This document shows, piece by piece, positions 19,135-29,674 of a stretch of 64,000 bases of DNA (its first letter is position 1; every line of letters begins with the position of its first letter). The position numbers and the translations under genes are program-made. The notes beneath the pieces are model-generated. The model searched no databases, had not been told where the DNA came from, and saw nothing but the letters and a program-made list of their open reading frames with translations. Source of the DNA: Promethearchaeota archaeon (GTDB lineage Archaea > Asgardarchaeota > Lokiarchaeia > Sigyniarchaeales > SOKP01); assembly GCA_048941285.1 (NCBI GenBank), contig JBHLNS010000009.1:36893-100892 (forward strand), given 5' to 3'.

Positions 19135-21177
19135 ATGAAAGGAAAACATTCTTTTAGCAAATCTAGATTTGGCACATGCTCAAAAGATTGTTATGGTTCA
19201 TGCGTTTTTAAGGGATATTGGGACGATGAGGCATTAGAGCATAAATTTTTAATAGCTGTTCCGTTGAAGAAGCATCCGTTTACGAATGGATTTTTTTGCC
19301 CTAAATTTAAACAAAGAGAGAATTTATTGTATCATCAAGCGCGATTGAGAACTCCATTAATCCGAACCGGCCCCAAATCAGAAAATCTATTCCGAAAAAT
19401 TTCTTTAGAGGAAGCAATCGATCATATTGCTGGAATAATAAAAAAAGTTTGTAAAAATGATAATAATAGGTCTATTTTAGCAGCTTTTTATTCGGGGAAC
19501 TCTGGTATTATATCCCAGTTTGCACCAATAAGATTCTTCGAGACTTTAGGTGCAACAATTACAAGCGGTGGGATATGCAATGAAGGAGGTTGCGCGGGTC
19601 TTAAGGAGCTATTTGGTACATACTCTACTACAAACCCTTTTCAAATAACAAATCCTTCTACTAAATTAATAGTAAATTGGGGTAGTAATATATCAGAGAG
19701 TAATAACCATGCTTATTATTTAGTAAAAAAAGCATTAAGAAATGGGTCAAAACTTGTGGTCGTAGATTCGCGAAATACAGTTGTTGCAGAAAAAGCTAGT
19801 TTATTTCTTCACATCTTTCCAGGTACTGAACATTTGTTAGTTAAGTTAATAATTAATGAATTAATAGCTTGTAATGTCCATGATATAAATTTTTTAGATG
19901 AATATTGTGAAGCTTATTCATCAATTTTTCAGGAAGTGGCTAAGGTTAATAGAGAGAAACTTTTAAGGTATATAGGAATTGATATTAAGGCATTCCGGAA
20001 TTTTATTGAATTATTAATAAAATTCAAACACCATACTTTATTCAATATAGGATATGGTGTTCAGAAAGATTTTTTTGGCGGAAAAATAGTTAAGAGTATT
20101 GCCTTAATTCAGGTTATCCTGGGAAATATAGGAAAATCTGGTACGGGAATCATATATTCTCAGAGTGATTTTATAAAACCACTAATTCAACCACTTCAAG
20201 AGTATATAACTAATATAAGAGGTGAAGCAAACCTCAAAAAAATTCCTTTAATTAAGCTTGGTTCTTTTTTATCCTCAAGGGATTATCAGTTGTTATTTAT
20301 TTATAATTTCAATCCAGCAAGTTCACTACCTAATCAAAATCTATTAAGAAAAGCATTATTGAGAGAAGATTTATTTGTAATAGTATTAGACATGTTTCTT
20401 AATGAAACCACTAAGTATGCAGATATTGTCATCCCCGCTAAATTTGATTTAGAGTCATATGATTTATTTTCTCCCTATTATATACCCGGTTTATCAATAA
20501 ATATCGGAGGTCCGTGTCCATATCGGGAATGTGTGTCTAACTATGAGTTCTTTCAAAAATTGGCGGTGGCAATTGGTCTCGATTCAATGCAAGTTTTTCA
20601 AGAATCACAAGAAACAATTTTTAAAAATAGTCTAGAAATGCTACCTCCAGAAGTACAAGAAGATCTTAATTCTGCAGGTTATTTTTTATTATTTGATAAT
20701 GATTCAATTCCTTTCAATGACTTAAAATGGCCTACTCCTAATGGTAAAATTCAAACAGTTGGCCCACATTTTGGATTTGGAGAAGAGGAACAAAAATGTA
20801 AATTAAATTTGAAAAAAAATGAGCTTTTACTCATCTCTCCTTCTCATTCTTATTTTTTACATTCTCAATTAGGAGAATTAAATAAAAAATACTTAAATGA
20901 TTTTAATAAAATATTTTTAGCACCAAAAGATATTAAAATTTTGGATTTAAAAGTTGGATGCAAAGTCCATATTTCTAATAAATATGGATCCGGGATATAT
21001 ATCTTAACGCAATCTTCAATTTTGAAGCCTAAGACCGCATTAATATATTCTGGGTTATCTTCAAATTTGGAGAACACCCCCAATGTTAATTATTTTATCC
21101 CTGAAAGACCAGAACAATTAGGTTTTTCGGGAGCATACAATTCTGCAATCATCAAAGTAAAAAAATTTGATTCCTAA
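19135..21177 (+). CDS. Molybdopterin-dependent oxidoreductase catalytic subunit
   Basis: CSKDCYGSC...CPK Fe-S motif, WGSN, VVVD, NPASSLPNQ and DMFLNETTKYADIVIPA. Confidence 0.88.
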   Translation: MKGKHSFSKSRFGTCSKDCYGSCVFKGYWDDEALEHKFLIAVPLKKHPFTNGFFCPKFKQRENLLYHQARLRTPLIRTGPKSENLFRKISLEEAIDHIAGIIKKVCKNDNNRSILAAFYSGNSGIISQFAPIRFFETLGATITSGGICNEGGCAGLKELFGTYSTTNPFQITNPSTKLIVNWGSNISESNNHAYYLVKKALRNGSKLVVVDSRNTVVAEKASLFLHIFPGTEHLLVKLIINELIACNVHDINFLDEYCEAYSSIFQEVAKVNREKLLRYIGIDIKAFRNFIELLIKFKHHTLFNIGYGVQKDFFGGKIVKSIALIQVILGNIGKSGTGIIYSQSDFIKPLIQPLQEYITNIRGEANLKKIPLIKLGSFLSSRDYQLLFIYNFNPASSLPNQNLLRKALLREDLFVIVLDMFLNETTKYADIVIPAKFDLESYDLFSPYYIPGLSINIGGPCPYRECVSNYEFFQKLAVAIGLDSMQVFQESQETIFKNSLEMLPPEVQEDLNSAGYFLLFDNDSIPFNDLKWPTPNGKIQTVGPHFGFGEEEQKCKLNLKKNELLLISPSHSYFLHSQLGELNKKYLNDFNKIFLAPKDIKILDLKVGCKVHISNKYGSGIYILTQSSILKPKTALIYSGLSSNLENTPNVNYFIPERPEQLGFSGAYNSAIIKVKKFDS

Positions 21178-21194
21178 TTTAAGTTAAATTCAAT

Positions 21195-21728
21195 CTATTT
21201 TTTCTTTTTAATGAAGGCAATATCACCAAGAGAAGTCCCGGTTGATTTTTTCATGAATTTATCATTTTGGATTTTTGCTTCAATCTCATCAGCTTTTTTT
21301 AGAATTTTGATGTTATAAATATCTTCTATTTTTTTAGCTAATTTTATTGTAGGTTCTACTTTTCCTGTTTCAATTCTTCTTAGTAAGGAAGGTTTTTCAT
21401 TCAGTTTTTGAGCAAATTGATCTTGGTTCAATCCAAGTGAATTTCTCTTATTTCTTATTCTTTTAGCGTAATCGGGAATTAATTCTAATTCATCAATTAA
21501 ATCTTTTTTGATAATTTGACGTTTTATTGAATTTTTTTTATTATATGTATGGGTTTTTTCAATTTGGGGTTTTTTGGATGGTTCTTGGATTTTCTTACCA
21601 TGCTGAGCACAATTATGGCAAACCGTTATTTTAGCTCCTTCTAATAACACTTTTTGGCCCTTTCCCCAAATAATACTGCCACAAATAGGGCATTCCTTAT
21701 CAATTTCATTATATCGTGATTTAGGCAT
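21195..21728 (-). CDS. mbf1: Archaeal multiprotein bridging factor aMBF1
   Basis: CPICG..VCHNC zinc ribbon, HTH GLNQDQFAQKL..IETG, and C-terminal TSLGD. Confidence 0.92.
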   Translation of the reverse strand: MPKSRYNEIDKECPICGSIIWGKGQKVLLEGAKITVCHNCAQHGKKIQEPSKKPQIEKTHTYNKKNSIKRQIIKKDLIDELELIPDYAKRIRNKRNSLGLNQDQFAQKLNEKPSLLRRIETGKVEPTIKLAKKIEDIYNIKILKKADEIEAKIQNDKFMKKSTGTSLGDIAFIKKKK

Positions 21729-21972
21729 AATGAATTATTGAGTATAAATTATTGAAAGAAAGATTCTATATATATAGAATTTGTTTAAATATTCTTATAA
21801 TTTACGTTTTACAGTCATTATATTTTATAATGTATAAATTTTTTAAAAATCGACATTTTTAAGAAATATTATAGAACTAGCCTTAAATTTAAATGATTAA
21901 AAGTTTATTATTAAATTAAATCAGTTTCTTAAAAAAGTAAATTAAAGTTAGAAAAGAAGGGGTATACTTTTT

Positions 21973-23181
21973 TTGACAACGACTAAAGAAAAGCGAAAAA
22001 AAGAAGAAACAAAAGATGGAGAATATCTTATAACCTATACCAGACACTTAGAGAAGCGACTTAGAAACTTGGAGACCGAAAAACAGTTATTAGATGCAGA
22101 ACGTCTAAGATTGGAACAGGAGTTACATAGTTTAAGAAATGAAATTGACAGACTGAGAGAACCTCCATTAGTCTCCGCCACCATCATTGACTTTTTGGAT
22201 GAAAAAGGCAGAGCTATTGTAAAAAGCTCAACAGGGCCCAGTTTTGTTGTTAATACTAGTCGAAAAGTTAAAAATGAAAAGTTAGATCCGGGAACTAGGG
22301 TTGCATTAAATCAAAGAACTTTTGCAATTATGGAAGTTTTACCGACTAAATTGGATCCTTTTGTAAAAGGTATGGAAGTAATTGATTCTATTCCAGATAT
22401 TTCTTATGCTGATGTCGGAGGTTTAGAAGACCAAATGCAAGAAGTAAGAGAAACTGTAGAATTACCTTTGAAAAAGCCAGAACTGTTTAAAAGAATTGGA
22501 ATTGAACCTCCCAAAGGGGTATTATTATTCGGCGCACCTGGAACTGGGAAAACACTATTAGCGAAAGCCGTTGCCCATGAGACTGAAGCAACTTTTATAA
22601 GAATTATTGGCTCTGAATTGGTGCAAAAATTCATAGGTGAAGGTGCTCGGTTAGTTAGAGAAATTTTTAATTTAGCAAAGGAAAAAGCCCCTACTATCTT
22701 ATTTATTGATGAATTAGATGCTATTGGATCTCAAAGACTTAAAATAGCAACTTCGGGAGACAGAGAAGTTCAAAGAACTCTTATGCAATTATTAAGTGAA
22801 TTAGATGGATTTGAACAAAGAGGAGATGTAAAAATTATTGGTGCTACGAATAGAGTAGATATTTTAGATCCGGCGTTATTGAGACCTGGAAGATTTGATC
22901 GTATGATAGAATTTCCCATTCCTGATGAGGAAGCTCGAGAAGCGATATTTAAAATACATACAAGAAATCTGAATATCGAAGAAACTATAGAATTTAAAAG
23001 ATTAGTAAGTCTTACAGAAGGAGCAACTGGAGCTGATATCAAAGCAATATGCACAGAAGCAGGAATGTTTGCAATTCGTAAAGATGCAGATATGATTATT
23101 AATAAAGATTTTTTTGATGCTGTAGATAAGGTAATGAATAAAGTAAAAGATCAATTTTTTGAATCCCGACTTTACTCATAA
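21973..23181 (+). CDS. pan: Proteasome-activating nucleotidase
   Basis: N-terminal coiled coil, GAPGTGKT, FIDELD, DPALLRPGRFDR, and C-terminal HbYX motif LYS. Confidence 0.96.
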   Translation: MTTTKEKRKKEETKDGEYLITYTRHLEKRLRNLETEKQLLDAERLRLEQELHSLRNEIDRLREPPLVSATIIDFLDEKGRAIVKSSTGPSFVVNTSRKVKNEKLDPGTRVALNQRTFAIMEVLPTKLDPFVKGMEVIDSIPDISYADVGGLEDQMQEVRETVELPLKKPELFKRIGIEPPKGVLLFGAPGTGKTLLAKAVAHETEATFIRIIGSELVQKFIGEGARLVREIFNLAKEKAPTILFIDELDAIGSQRLKIATSGDREVQRTLMQLLSELDGFEQRGDVKIIGATNRVDILDPALLRPGRFDRMIEFPIPDEEAREAIFKIHTRNLNIEETIEFKRLVSLTEGATGADIKAICTEAGMFAIRKDADMIINKDFFDAVDKVMNKVKDQFFESRLYS

Positions 23182-23236
23182 TTTATTTATAGTCCACTTG
23201 CTTTTCTTAATTTAACTAATTATTAATCATTGATCT

Positions 23237-23728
23237 ATGGAAAGTAACTTTTTACTAGGTTTAAGACAAATTAAGGGAATCTCAGATTACCAATTTGGGA
23301 AAGATATTACGGATATTCTTTTTGATGATATAGATCACATAGACTTTAAAAGATCATCAAATACAAAAAAAATAAGATATGTCTTCTATAACAGTAATTT
23401 ACTACTTATATTAAGGCCTAATAATGGATTTTTTACTTTAACTCTTTTCTCAGCTAATAAAATATTGAAGAAGACTAAAATTCCAAAATTAAGAGTTATT
23501 GTATTGAATGAAATCTCAGAGTTTATAAAAAAAGGAAGAAATGTTTTTTGTAAACATGTTGTAGATATTGATGGTGATTTACGACCATTAGATGAAGTAA
23601 TAGTAGTAAATCAAAATGATGAATTGTTAGGGATCGGTAAATTAAAAGTTCCGGTTTCATATGTAAAAGACTTTAATGTGGGGATTGCAGTAAACATTAG
23701 AAAAGGATTTTATAAGTCAAACATTTAA
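23237..23728 (+). CDS. PUA-domain protein (ArcTGT C-terminal-like)
   Basis: DYQFG..KIRYV..GRNVFCKHV..LRPLDEVIVV..LLGIG. Confidence 0.85.
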   Translation: MESNFLLGLRQIKGISDYQFGKDITDILFDDIDHIDFKRSSNTKKIRYVFYNSNLLLILRPNNGFFTLTLFSANKILKKTKIPKLRVIVLNEISEFIKKGRNVFCKHVVDIDGDLRPLDEVIVVNQNDELLGIGKLKVPVSYVKDFNVGIAVNIRKGFYKSNI

Positions 23729-23780
23729 ATCTCGAATTATTATATATATCACGTTATAAACCAATTTAAAGTGAAAGGAA

Positions 23781-24260
23781 TTGGTAAAATTACCAAAAGA
23801 AATGCAAAAGAAGGAAAAAAGTAAACCTAAACGGCCCCAACCAGTTGTAAAGCGAGAAGGTCAGCAATATGGGTCAAGACAAATGCGAAGAAGAATGGCA
23901 CAGCAAGGTATAGATATGGAACAAGTTGATGCGACAAGAGTTATTATAGAGGGTCCAGAAAAGACAACAATCATTGAACAACCTGAAGTTTTTCTTATGA
24001 AACAAGCAGGTCAAGAAATTTATCAAGTTATTGGACAAAGTGAAGAAGTTTCTCCTGAAGAATTGATAATCGAAAATGCAGATACTAGTGGAGGCCTTGA
24101 AGCTTTAGAAGAATCTGAAATTAAACCAACTATAACAGAAAATGATATAATGCTAGTTGCTACGCAGGCAAATGTAGAAAAGCAAGAAGCAGAGGCGATT
24201 TTAAGAAAATTTGATGGAGATATTGCTAAAGCGATTTTATATCTTAAAAACAGACCTTAA
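23781..24260 (+). CDS. nac: Nascent polypeptide-associated complex protein
   Basis: RQMRRRMAQQGIDMEQV..IYQVIG and UBA-like DIMLVATQANV..GDIAKAI. Confidence 0.92.
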   Translation: MVKLPKEMQKKEKSKPKRPQPVVKREGQQYGSRQMRRRMAQQGIDMEQVDATRVIIEGPEKTTIIEQPEVFLMKQAGQEIYQVIGQSEEVSPEELIIENADTSGGLEALEESEIKPTITENDIMLVATQANVEKQEAEAILRKFDGDIAKAILYLKNRP

Positions 24261-24339
24261 TGGGAAAAAATAAATTAAATCATAAAGATTAAGAATTATA
24301 AAATTTTTAATATTCAAAAAGCATACATATTATTTTTAA

Positions 24340-24693
24340 ATGTCAAAAATTAAGAAAAAACCAGTCATTAGCCCTTCTAAAGTTTCAGAATTAGATATGA
24401 ATTTTAAAAAAATTCTTCAGTTTTCAGGTTGGTTTTTTTTATTGGGTCTTCTGGGATTTTTGGGTGGCTGGTTAGTCTTAGATAATATTTTGGATATTAT
24501 TAATTTAAATTTAGATGTTGTAGAATTCTCGATAATAATTTTTACTGGCACAAACTCAGCAATCAGTTTTGCTTTAGCTTCTAAGATAAAAAATAATCTA
24601 GAGAAGAAAAGACAATATTTTCTAGATTGGTTATTAGCAGAATTTTTGTTTTGTATGCTCGCAATTTTTACAATTGCCGCATATCAATGGTAA
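24340..24693 (+). CDS. Membrane protein, about 3 TM
   Basis: Hydrophobic ORF with ATG start. Confidence 0.65.
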   Translation: MSKIKKKPVISPSKVSELDMNFKKILQFSGWFFLLGLLGFLGGWLVLDNILDIINLNLDVVEFSIIIFTGTNSAISFALASKIKNNLEKKRQYFLDWLLAEFLFCMLAIFTIAAYQW

Positions 24694-24730
24694 TATTTTC
24701 TTATTTTTAAAAAATAAAAAAAAATTCATA

Positions 24731-25060
24731 TTATTTATAATCTTCTCTAGAAGGATGAAAAACTTCAATAATTTCAGCTTTTTCAATTATAAAAGCTCCA
24801 TGTTTTTCATTAGAGTCAAAAACATAGCTATCTCCTGTTTTAGCAATAAAATCCCCATTATCTGTTAAGAATTTGATTTTACCATAAATTACATAACCAA
24901 TTTGGTATTCTTGATGTCTATGTTTCGGAATTTTAGCATCTTTTTCAAGTAAAAAATGACATAACATAACGGAATTATTATAAGTTAAGGTTTTCCGAAA
25001 AACTCCTTCAAGAGCTTTTATTGGCTTAATATTGTCTTTATTTGTAGTTCTATTCGACAT
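24731..25060 (-). CDS. Cupin-domain protein
   Basis: PKHRHQEYQIGYV..GDSY..NEKHG..EVFHPSREDY. Confidence 0.88.
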   Translation of the reverse strand: MSNRTTNKDNIKPIKALEGVFRKTLTYNNSVMLCHFLLEKDAKIPKHRHQEYQIGYVIYGKIKFLTDNGDFIAKTGDSYVFDSNEKHGAFIIEKAEIIEVFHPSREDYK

Positions 25061-25483
25061 AGTAATCAGTACGAATTTGAATTTGACGATCTTTTTTGTT
25101 TAAATATATCTATAATTAATTCTTATAAAGGTTTTACAGATAAATTAAAGATACATCTATGATGTCTTCGACATTATTTTATATTAAACGTAATTTAAGA
25201 TTGAATAAATTAGAAATTGAGAAGAGTCCAAAGGATTAAGAATTTTTTCGTAATTTTAATAGGCAGCTTTCAAAAGATCAAATAAAGTATTAATAAATTA
25301 AGTTTAAATTGGAAAAACAAATAAATTTTTATATCAAAAGAGGTAAAATATTAACGATAATAAACAGTTAATAATTCTCTTATTTCAGTTCATATTACCG
25401 ACAAAATTTGTAAATTAAAATAGTATATTATTTCACTACATAATAAATGTATATATAAGAATCAAAAAAAGGTATGAGATCAA

Positions 25484-27619
25484 TTGGTATTAGTATCAGA
25501 TTCAGAGGCCATAAAAGAAAAAAAGAATGAAAAAATAAATCGCAAATATTTGACAAAATTACTGCCACAAGTCTTTCGAACTGAGGGTGATGTAGTATCA
25601 TTCGACCCTTTAAAAATTGAACAGAGTATTATATATGAAACAGGGTTGGATCAAAAATACGCTGATAAAATTACGGAATTAGTTGTAAGAAGAATAATAT
25701 CTTCTGGTATTCGTTTTTTATCTGGTCCTCATATTAGAGAGATTGTTTGTTCAATATTGTCAGAACAACATTTTGAAGATGAGCGTAAATTATATACAAG
25801 AATAGGAATGCCATTAATGGATTATGAGGCAATTTTGGAATATGGAGTAGATGAAAATGCAAATCAAGATATGAATCCTGAGAGTATTCATCATTGGGCG
25901 GCAAATAGAATATCAGATGAATATGCGTTATTAAGGATTCTAGATTCTGAAGAAGCTCATGCTCACTTATATGGAGATATTCATGTTCACATGTTGCGAT
26001 ATTTCGATTTAAGACCTTTCTGTCAAGAATGGGACCCGCGAATGATTCTTGAACATGGGCTCCCTCCAGTAGAAAGTTGGGCGCATTGTAGTAAATCAGG
26101 TCCGGCTGGAAGTTTACGTGTTGCAGTAACTCATCTCGCAAAATGGCTAGGGATAATTCAAGGTGAATTCAGTGGAGGTCAAGGATATGATTATATTACA
26201 ACATTTTTAGCTCCTTATGCTCGTAATTTAAATGATAGAGAAATTGAACAGTCAATGCAATGCCTAATTTTTGAAACAAATCAAATATTCGCAGCAAGAG
26301 GAGGACAAGTACCATTTACTTCAATTTCTTGTACTCCTACAGTCCCTGATGGCTTATTAAATATCCCTGCTGTTGGACCTCATGGAAAAATAGTAGGTAA
26401 ATATGGCGATTATAAAGATGAATGTCTTAAACTCTTTGATGCTTTAACTGATGTGTATATTCAAGGGGATCATAATGGAAAGCTTTTCGCCTTTCCAAAG
26501 CATGAGATTAAAATTAAAAAAGAATGGTTGCAGGAATTTGAACCTTCTTACTTAAAAATAATGGAGGAAGTAGCAAAAATGGGAACTCCCTACTTCCTTA
26601 ATATGTGCCCTGATTGGATGCCAGATGAAATTCATAGTCAATGCTGTAGGAAATTTTTAAGTGGAAATCAAATCATTGAACAATGTATTCTTGATCCAGA
26701 GAAGAGAAAAAATGCAAATGTATGGGAAAATTATGTTACCATTGGTTCATTGCAGAGTGTTAGTTTAAATCTTCCCAGGTATGCATATTTATCTAAAAAT
26801 GAAGATGACTATTTCAGAATATTAGATGTTAAGATGGAACTTACAGCTCGAATTCTGCAAAAAAAATGGAGGTTAATGGAAAAGAGATTAAAAACTAGGC
26901 ATTTACCTCTATGTAGTGGTATGATAAACGATAAACCCATTTTTAGTATAAAAGACCAGAATCTCTCGATTGGATTCACTGGGTTAAATGAAGCTGTAAA
27001 AAGTATTACTGGATATGAATTACATGAAAATAATACTGCGTACGATTTTGGAAAAAAGATATTAAATTACATGGTCGCAAAGTGTAATACTATGACAGAA
27101 AGGGATCAGAAATATTATTCGCTTTGGGAGCAACCGGCTGAATCTAGTTCTGGGCGTTTTGCTAGATTGGATCTGAAACACTTTCCTAAAAAAGCAATTG
27201 TACAATCAAATGGTAAATCTGCTTATTATACCAATTCGGATCATTTTAGATATGATGCTGAAATTCCGCTATCTGAACGAATCAAGAAGCAAGGAGATCT
27301 TCACCCAATTGTAAATGGAGGTGTTATTACGCATATTTGGCTTGGTGAGCAAAAACCAGATATCAATGGTTTATGGGAACTTACCAAAAATATCTGTCTA
27401 AATACAAATACAGCTTATTTTGCTTATTCACCAGATTTCACTTTCTGTCCATATTGTAGAAAGATGTTCCGAGGGAGAAGCTTTATATGCCCGCAGTGTA
27501 ATTCTAGAGATGTAAAAATATATTCAAGAGTTACCGGTTATTATAGTGAAGTAAATAGATATAATCCTGGAAAGAAAGCGGAGTGGGAAGCTCGTAAGCG
27601 AGAGATTTTGTTTGTTTAG
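25484..27619 (+). CDS. nrdD: Class III anaerobic ribonucleoside-triphosphate reductase with ATP cone
   Basis: N-terminal ATP cone, GDIHVH, SQCCR, NLPR, PAES, YYTNS, CxxC..CxxC and glycyl-radical motif YSRVTGYY. Confidence 0.95.
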   Translation: MVLVSDSEAIKEKKNEKINRKYLTKLLPQVFRTEGDVVSFDPLKIEQSIIYETGLDQKYADKITELVVRRIISSGIRFLSGPHIREIVCSILSEQHFEDERKLYTRIGMPLMDYEAILEYGVDENANQDMNPESIHHWAANRISDEYALLRILDSEEAHAHLYGDIHVHMLRYFDLRPFCQEWDPRMILEHGLPPVESWAHCSKSGPAGSLRVAVTHLAKWLGIIQGEFSGGQGYDYITTFLAPYARNLNDREIEQSMQCLIFETNQIFAARGGQVPFTSISCTPTVPDGLLNIPAVGPHGKIVGKYGDYKDECLKLFDALTDVYIQGDHNGKLFAFPKHEIKIKKEWLQEFEPSYLKIMEEVAKMGTPYFLNMCPDWMPDEIHSQCCRKFLSGNQIIEQCILDPEKRKNANVWENYVTIGSLQSVSLNLPRYAYLSKNEDDYFRILDVKMELTARILQKKWRLMEKRLKTRHLPLCSGMINDKPIFSIKDQNLSIGFTGLNEAVKSITGYELHENNTAYDFGKKILNYMVAKCNTMTERDQKYYSLWEQPAESSSGRFARLDLKHFPKKAIVQSNGKSAYYTNSDHFRYDAEIPLSERIKKQGDLHPIVNGGVITHIWLGEQKPDINGLWELTKNICLNTNTAYFAYSPDFTFCPYCRKMFRGRSFICPQCNSRDVKIYSRVTGYYSEVNRYNPGKKAEWEARKREILFV

Positions 27620-27656
27620 ACTTTTATTTTTTTCTAAACTTTACCAGATGTTGCCT

Positions 27657-27698
27657 TCATTCAAATATGGGATTAAATTTTCTTTCTATTTTGAATGA
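27657..27698. other. Inverted repeat/hairpin downstream of nrdD
   Basis: TCATTCAAA (27657-27665) pairs perfectly with TTTGAATGA (27690-27698); extendable by GCC/GGC. Confidence 0.45.
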
Positions 27699-27779
27699 GG
27701 CTCATAGCAAAAATATAAGGTAAAGACTTAAATTAGTTTTTTCTTGCGATTTTTTAAACAATCAAAAAATATTCTATAT

Positions 27780-28097
27780 ATGTTTGATAAGATTTCACTT
27801 AGTGAGATCCAAAAGGTGATACATGATTGGATCACAAAACATGGGGGCTATTGGCCTCCCTTGGCTATGTTATCTGCTATAATAGAAGAAATTGGTGAAT
27901 TAGCAAAAGAGATTAATCATCTTGAAGGCTTTAAACCAAAATTAAATAAAAACGAAGAATTTAAAATTGGTGAAGAATTAGCTGACGTTCTTTATGCTTT
28001 AATATGTATTGCAAATTACTATAAAATTGATTTAAATCATGAATTAGATAATGTGATAAGTAAATATTCAACCAGGGATTCAAAACGATTTATTTAA
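27780..28097 (+). CDS. MazG-like nucleotide pyrophosphohydrolase
   Basis: GGYWPPL..EEIGELAKEINH..GEELADVL; ATG at 27780 preferred over the ORF-track TTG. Confidence 0.88.
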   Translation: MFDKISLSEIQKVIHDWITKHGGYWPPLAMLSAIIEEIGELAKEINHLEGFKPKLNKNEEFKIGEELADVLYALICIANYYKIDLNHELDNVISKYSTRDSKRFI

Positions 28098-28208
28098 ATC
28101 TTTCTATGATTTTAAGTTTTAGATGTAAAATTTTAATTATTTAAAATGTTCTTCTTGTTAAGTAAAATTTGGTAAGAAAATAAAGTTAAACAATATAATA
28201 TAGGAAAG

Positions 28209-29387
28209 ATGCAAGAAAAGGGCTTAGAGAAACAAGAAATTCTTAGGATTTTAGAAAAGAAATTGGAAAAAGATTGTTCATATAAAGATGGGTCAATTTT
28301 AGGATCTATGTGCACTGAACCTTTTGAATTTGGGGTTGAAATTTACATGAAATATGTTTCTAAAAATCTAGGAGACCCAGGTTTGTTTTTAGGAACCACA
28401 ATATTAGAAGAAGAATTAGTTTCAGAAATTGCTGAGCTTTATAATGGAATGAATGTAACTGGAACTTTCACAACTGGGGGTTCAGAAGCAAATTTGATAG
28501 CTATGAGAATTGCTAAAAAATTAAGACCTGAAATTTCTAATCCTGAAGTTGTGGTGCCTCAATCAGCACATATATCTTTTGATAAAGCTGCTGATTTGCT
28601 CGGTATAAAATTAAGAAAAGCAAAATTACTGAATAATTTTGAATTAGATTTAGATCATTATGAATCACTTATTAATAAAAATACTTGTGGCGTTGTAGGC
28701 ATCGCAGGAACCACTTCGTTAGGTTTGATTGACCCAATAGAAGATATTGGACACATTATAGAAGATAAAAATATTTTTTTTCATATTGATGCAGCATTTG
28801 GAGGTTTTGTGTTGCCTTTTCTAAAAGAGTTGAATTATAAGATTCCCGCTTGGGATTTTTCTGTAAAGGGTGTTGATTCTATTACAGCTGACCCACATAA
28901 AATGGGTTTAGGAATTATACCCTCAGGAGGATTTTTTTTAAGAGATTCTTCGATTTTACAAAATTTAGGATTTGAAATTCCTTATTTAGCTGGAGGGAAT
29001 TTTAAACACTTACATATAGTTGGAACTAGATCTGGAGGAACAGTGATAGCATTTTGGGTGATCTTAAAATCTTTGGGTAAAGCTGGGTTTAAAAAAATCA
29101 CGAGAAAGTGTATGGAAAACACAGAATTCTTATCTAATCGAATTAGTGAAATAAAAGGATTAAAGCTAGCAGCTAATCCCGTTATGAATGTTGTGGGGAT
29201 TACAACTGAAAGTGGAGAAAGCATTTGTCAAATTGATGAAGAATTACGAAAAAGAAATTGGATGGTTGGGAAATTTAAAGAGTTCAATTTAATAAGAGTA
29301 GTAATTATGCCACATGTTCAAAAAGCCCATTTACAAAACTTTACTGAAGATTTAGAGAAAATTATAAGGAAATTAAATATTTCATAA
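28209..29387 (+). CDS. mfnA: PLP-dependent L-tyrosine/L-aspartate decarboxylase
   Basis: ILGSMCT, NLGDPGLF, TGGSEAN, HIDAAFGGF and DPHKMG motifs. Confidence 0.92.
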   Translation: MQEKGLEKQEILRILEKKLEKDCSYKDGSILGSMCTEPFEFGVEIYMKYVSKNLGDPGLFLGTTILEEELVSEIAELYNGMNVTGTFTTGGSEANLIAMRIAKKLRPEISNPEVVVPQSAHISFDKAADLLGIKLRKAKLLNNFELDLDHYESLINKNTCGVVGIAGTTSLGLIDPIEDIGHIIEDKNIFFHIDAAFGGFVLPFLKELNYKIPAWDFSVKGVDSITADPHKMGLGIIPSGGFFLRDSSILQNLGFEIPYLAGGNFKHLHIVGTRSGGTVIAFWVILKSLGKAGFKKITRKCMENTEFLSNRISEIKGLKLAANPVMNVVGITTESGESICQIDEELRKRNWMVGKFKEFNLIRVVIMPHVQKAHLQNFTEDLEKIIRKLNIS

Positions 29388-29674
29388 TGGAAGATTTTTA
29401 TCGCTGATTAAAGTTGAGTTATTTAATTTTTTTTTAAAATTTAATCTACTTTCTAACCGTTCTAATAAACTAGTAGAATATAAGAATGATAATTGTTATA
29501 TCTAATTTAGAACTCTTGAATTCACTTCTTTCTAATATGAATCTAATTAGAGCTCTTAATAAAAATATAAATTTTAATAGTAAAGTTGGATAAAAATATA
29601 TTTAGGAGTATTTATTATTTAATTAATAGAAGGTTTAAGTAGGAGTTTAATTTCAAAAACTTTGAAATAAAAAA

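Noticed and set aside
3126-27619. Inteins in DP2, RpoB or NrdD
   Set aside because: Protein lengths are normal and no splicing or LAGLIDADG motifs were seen.
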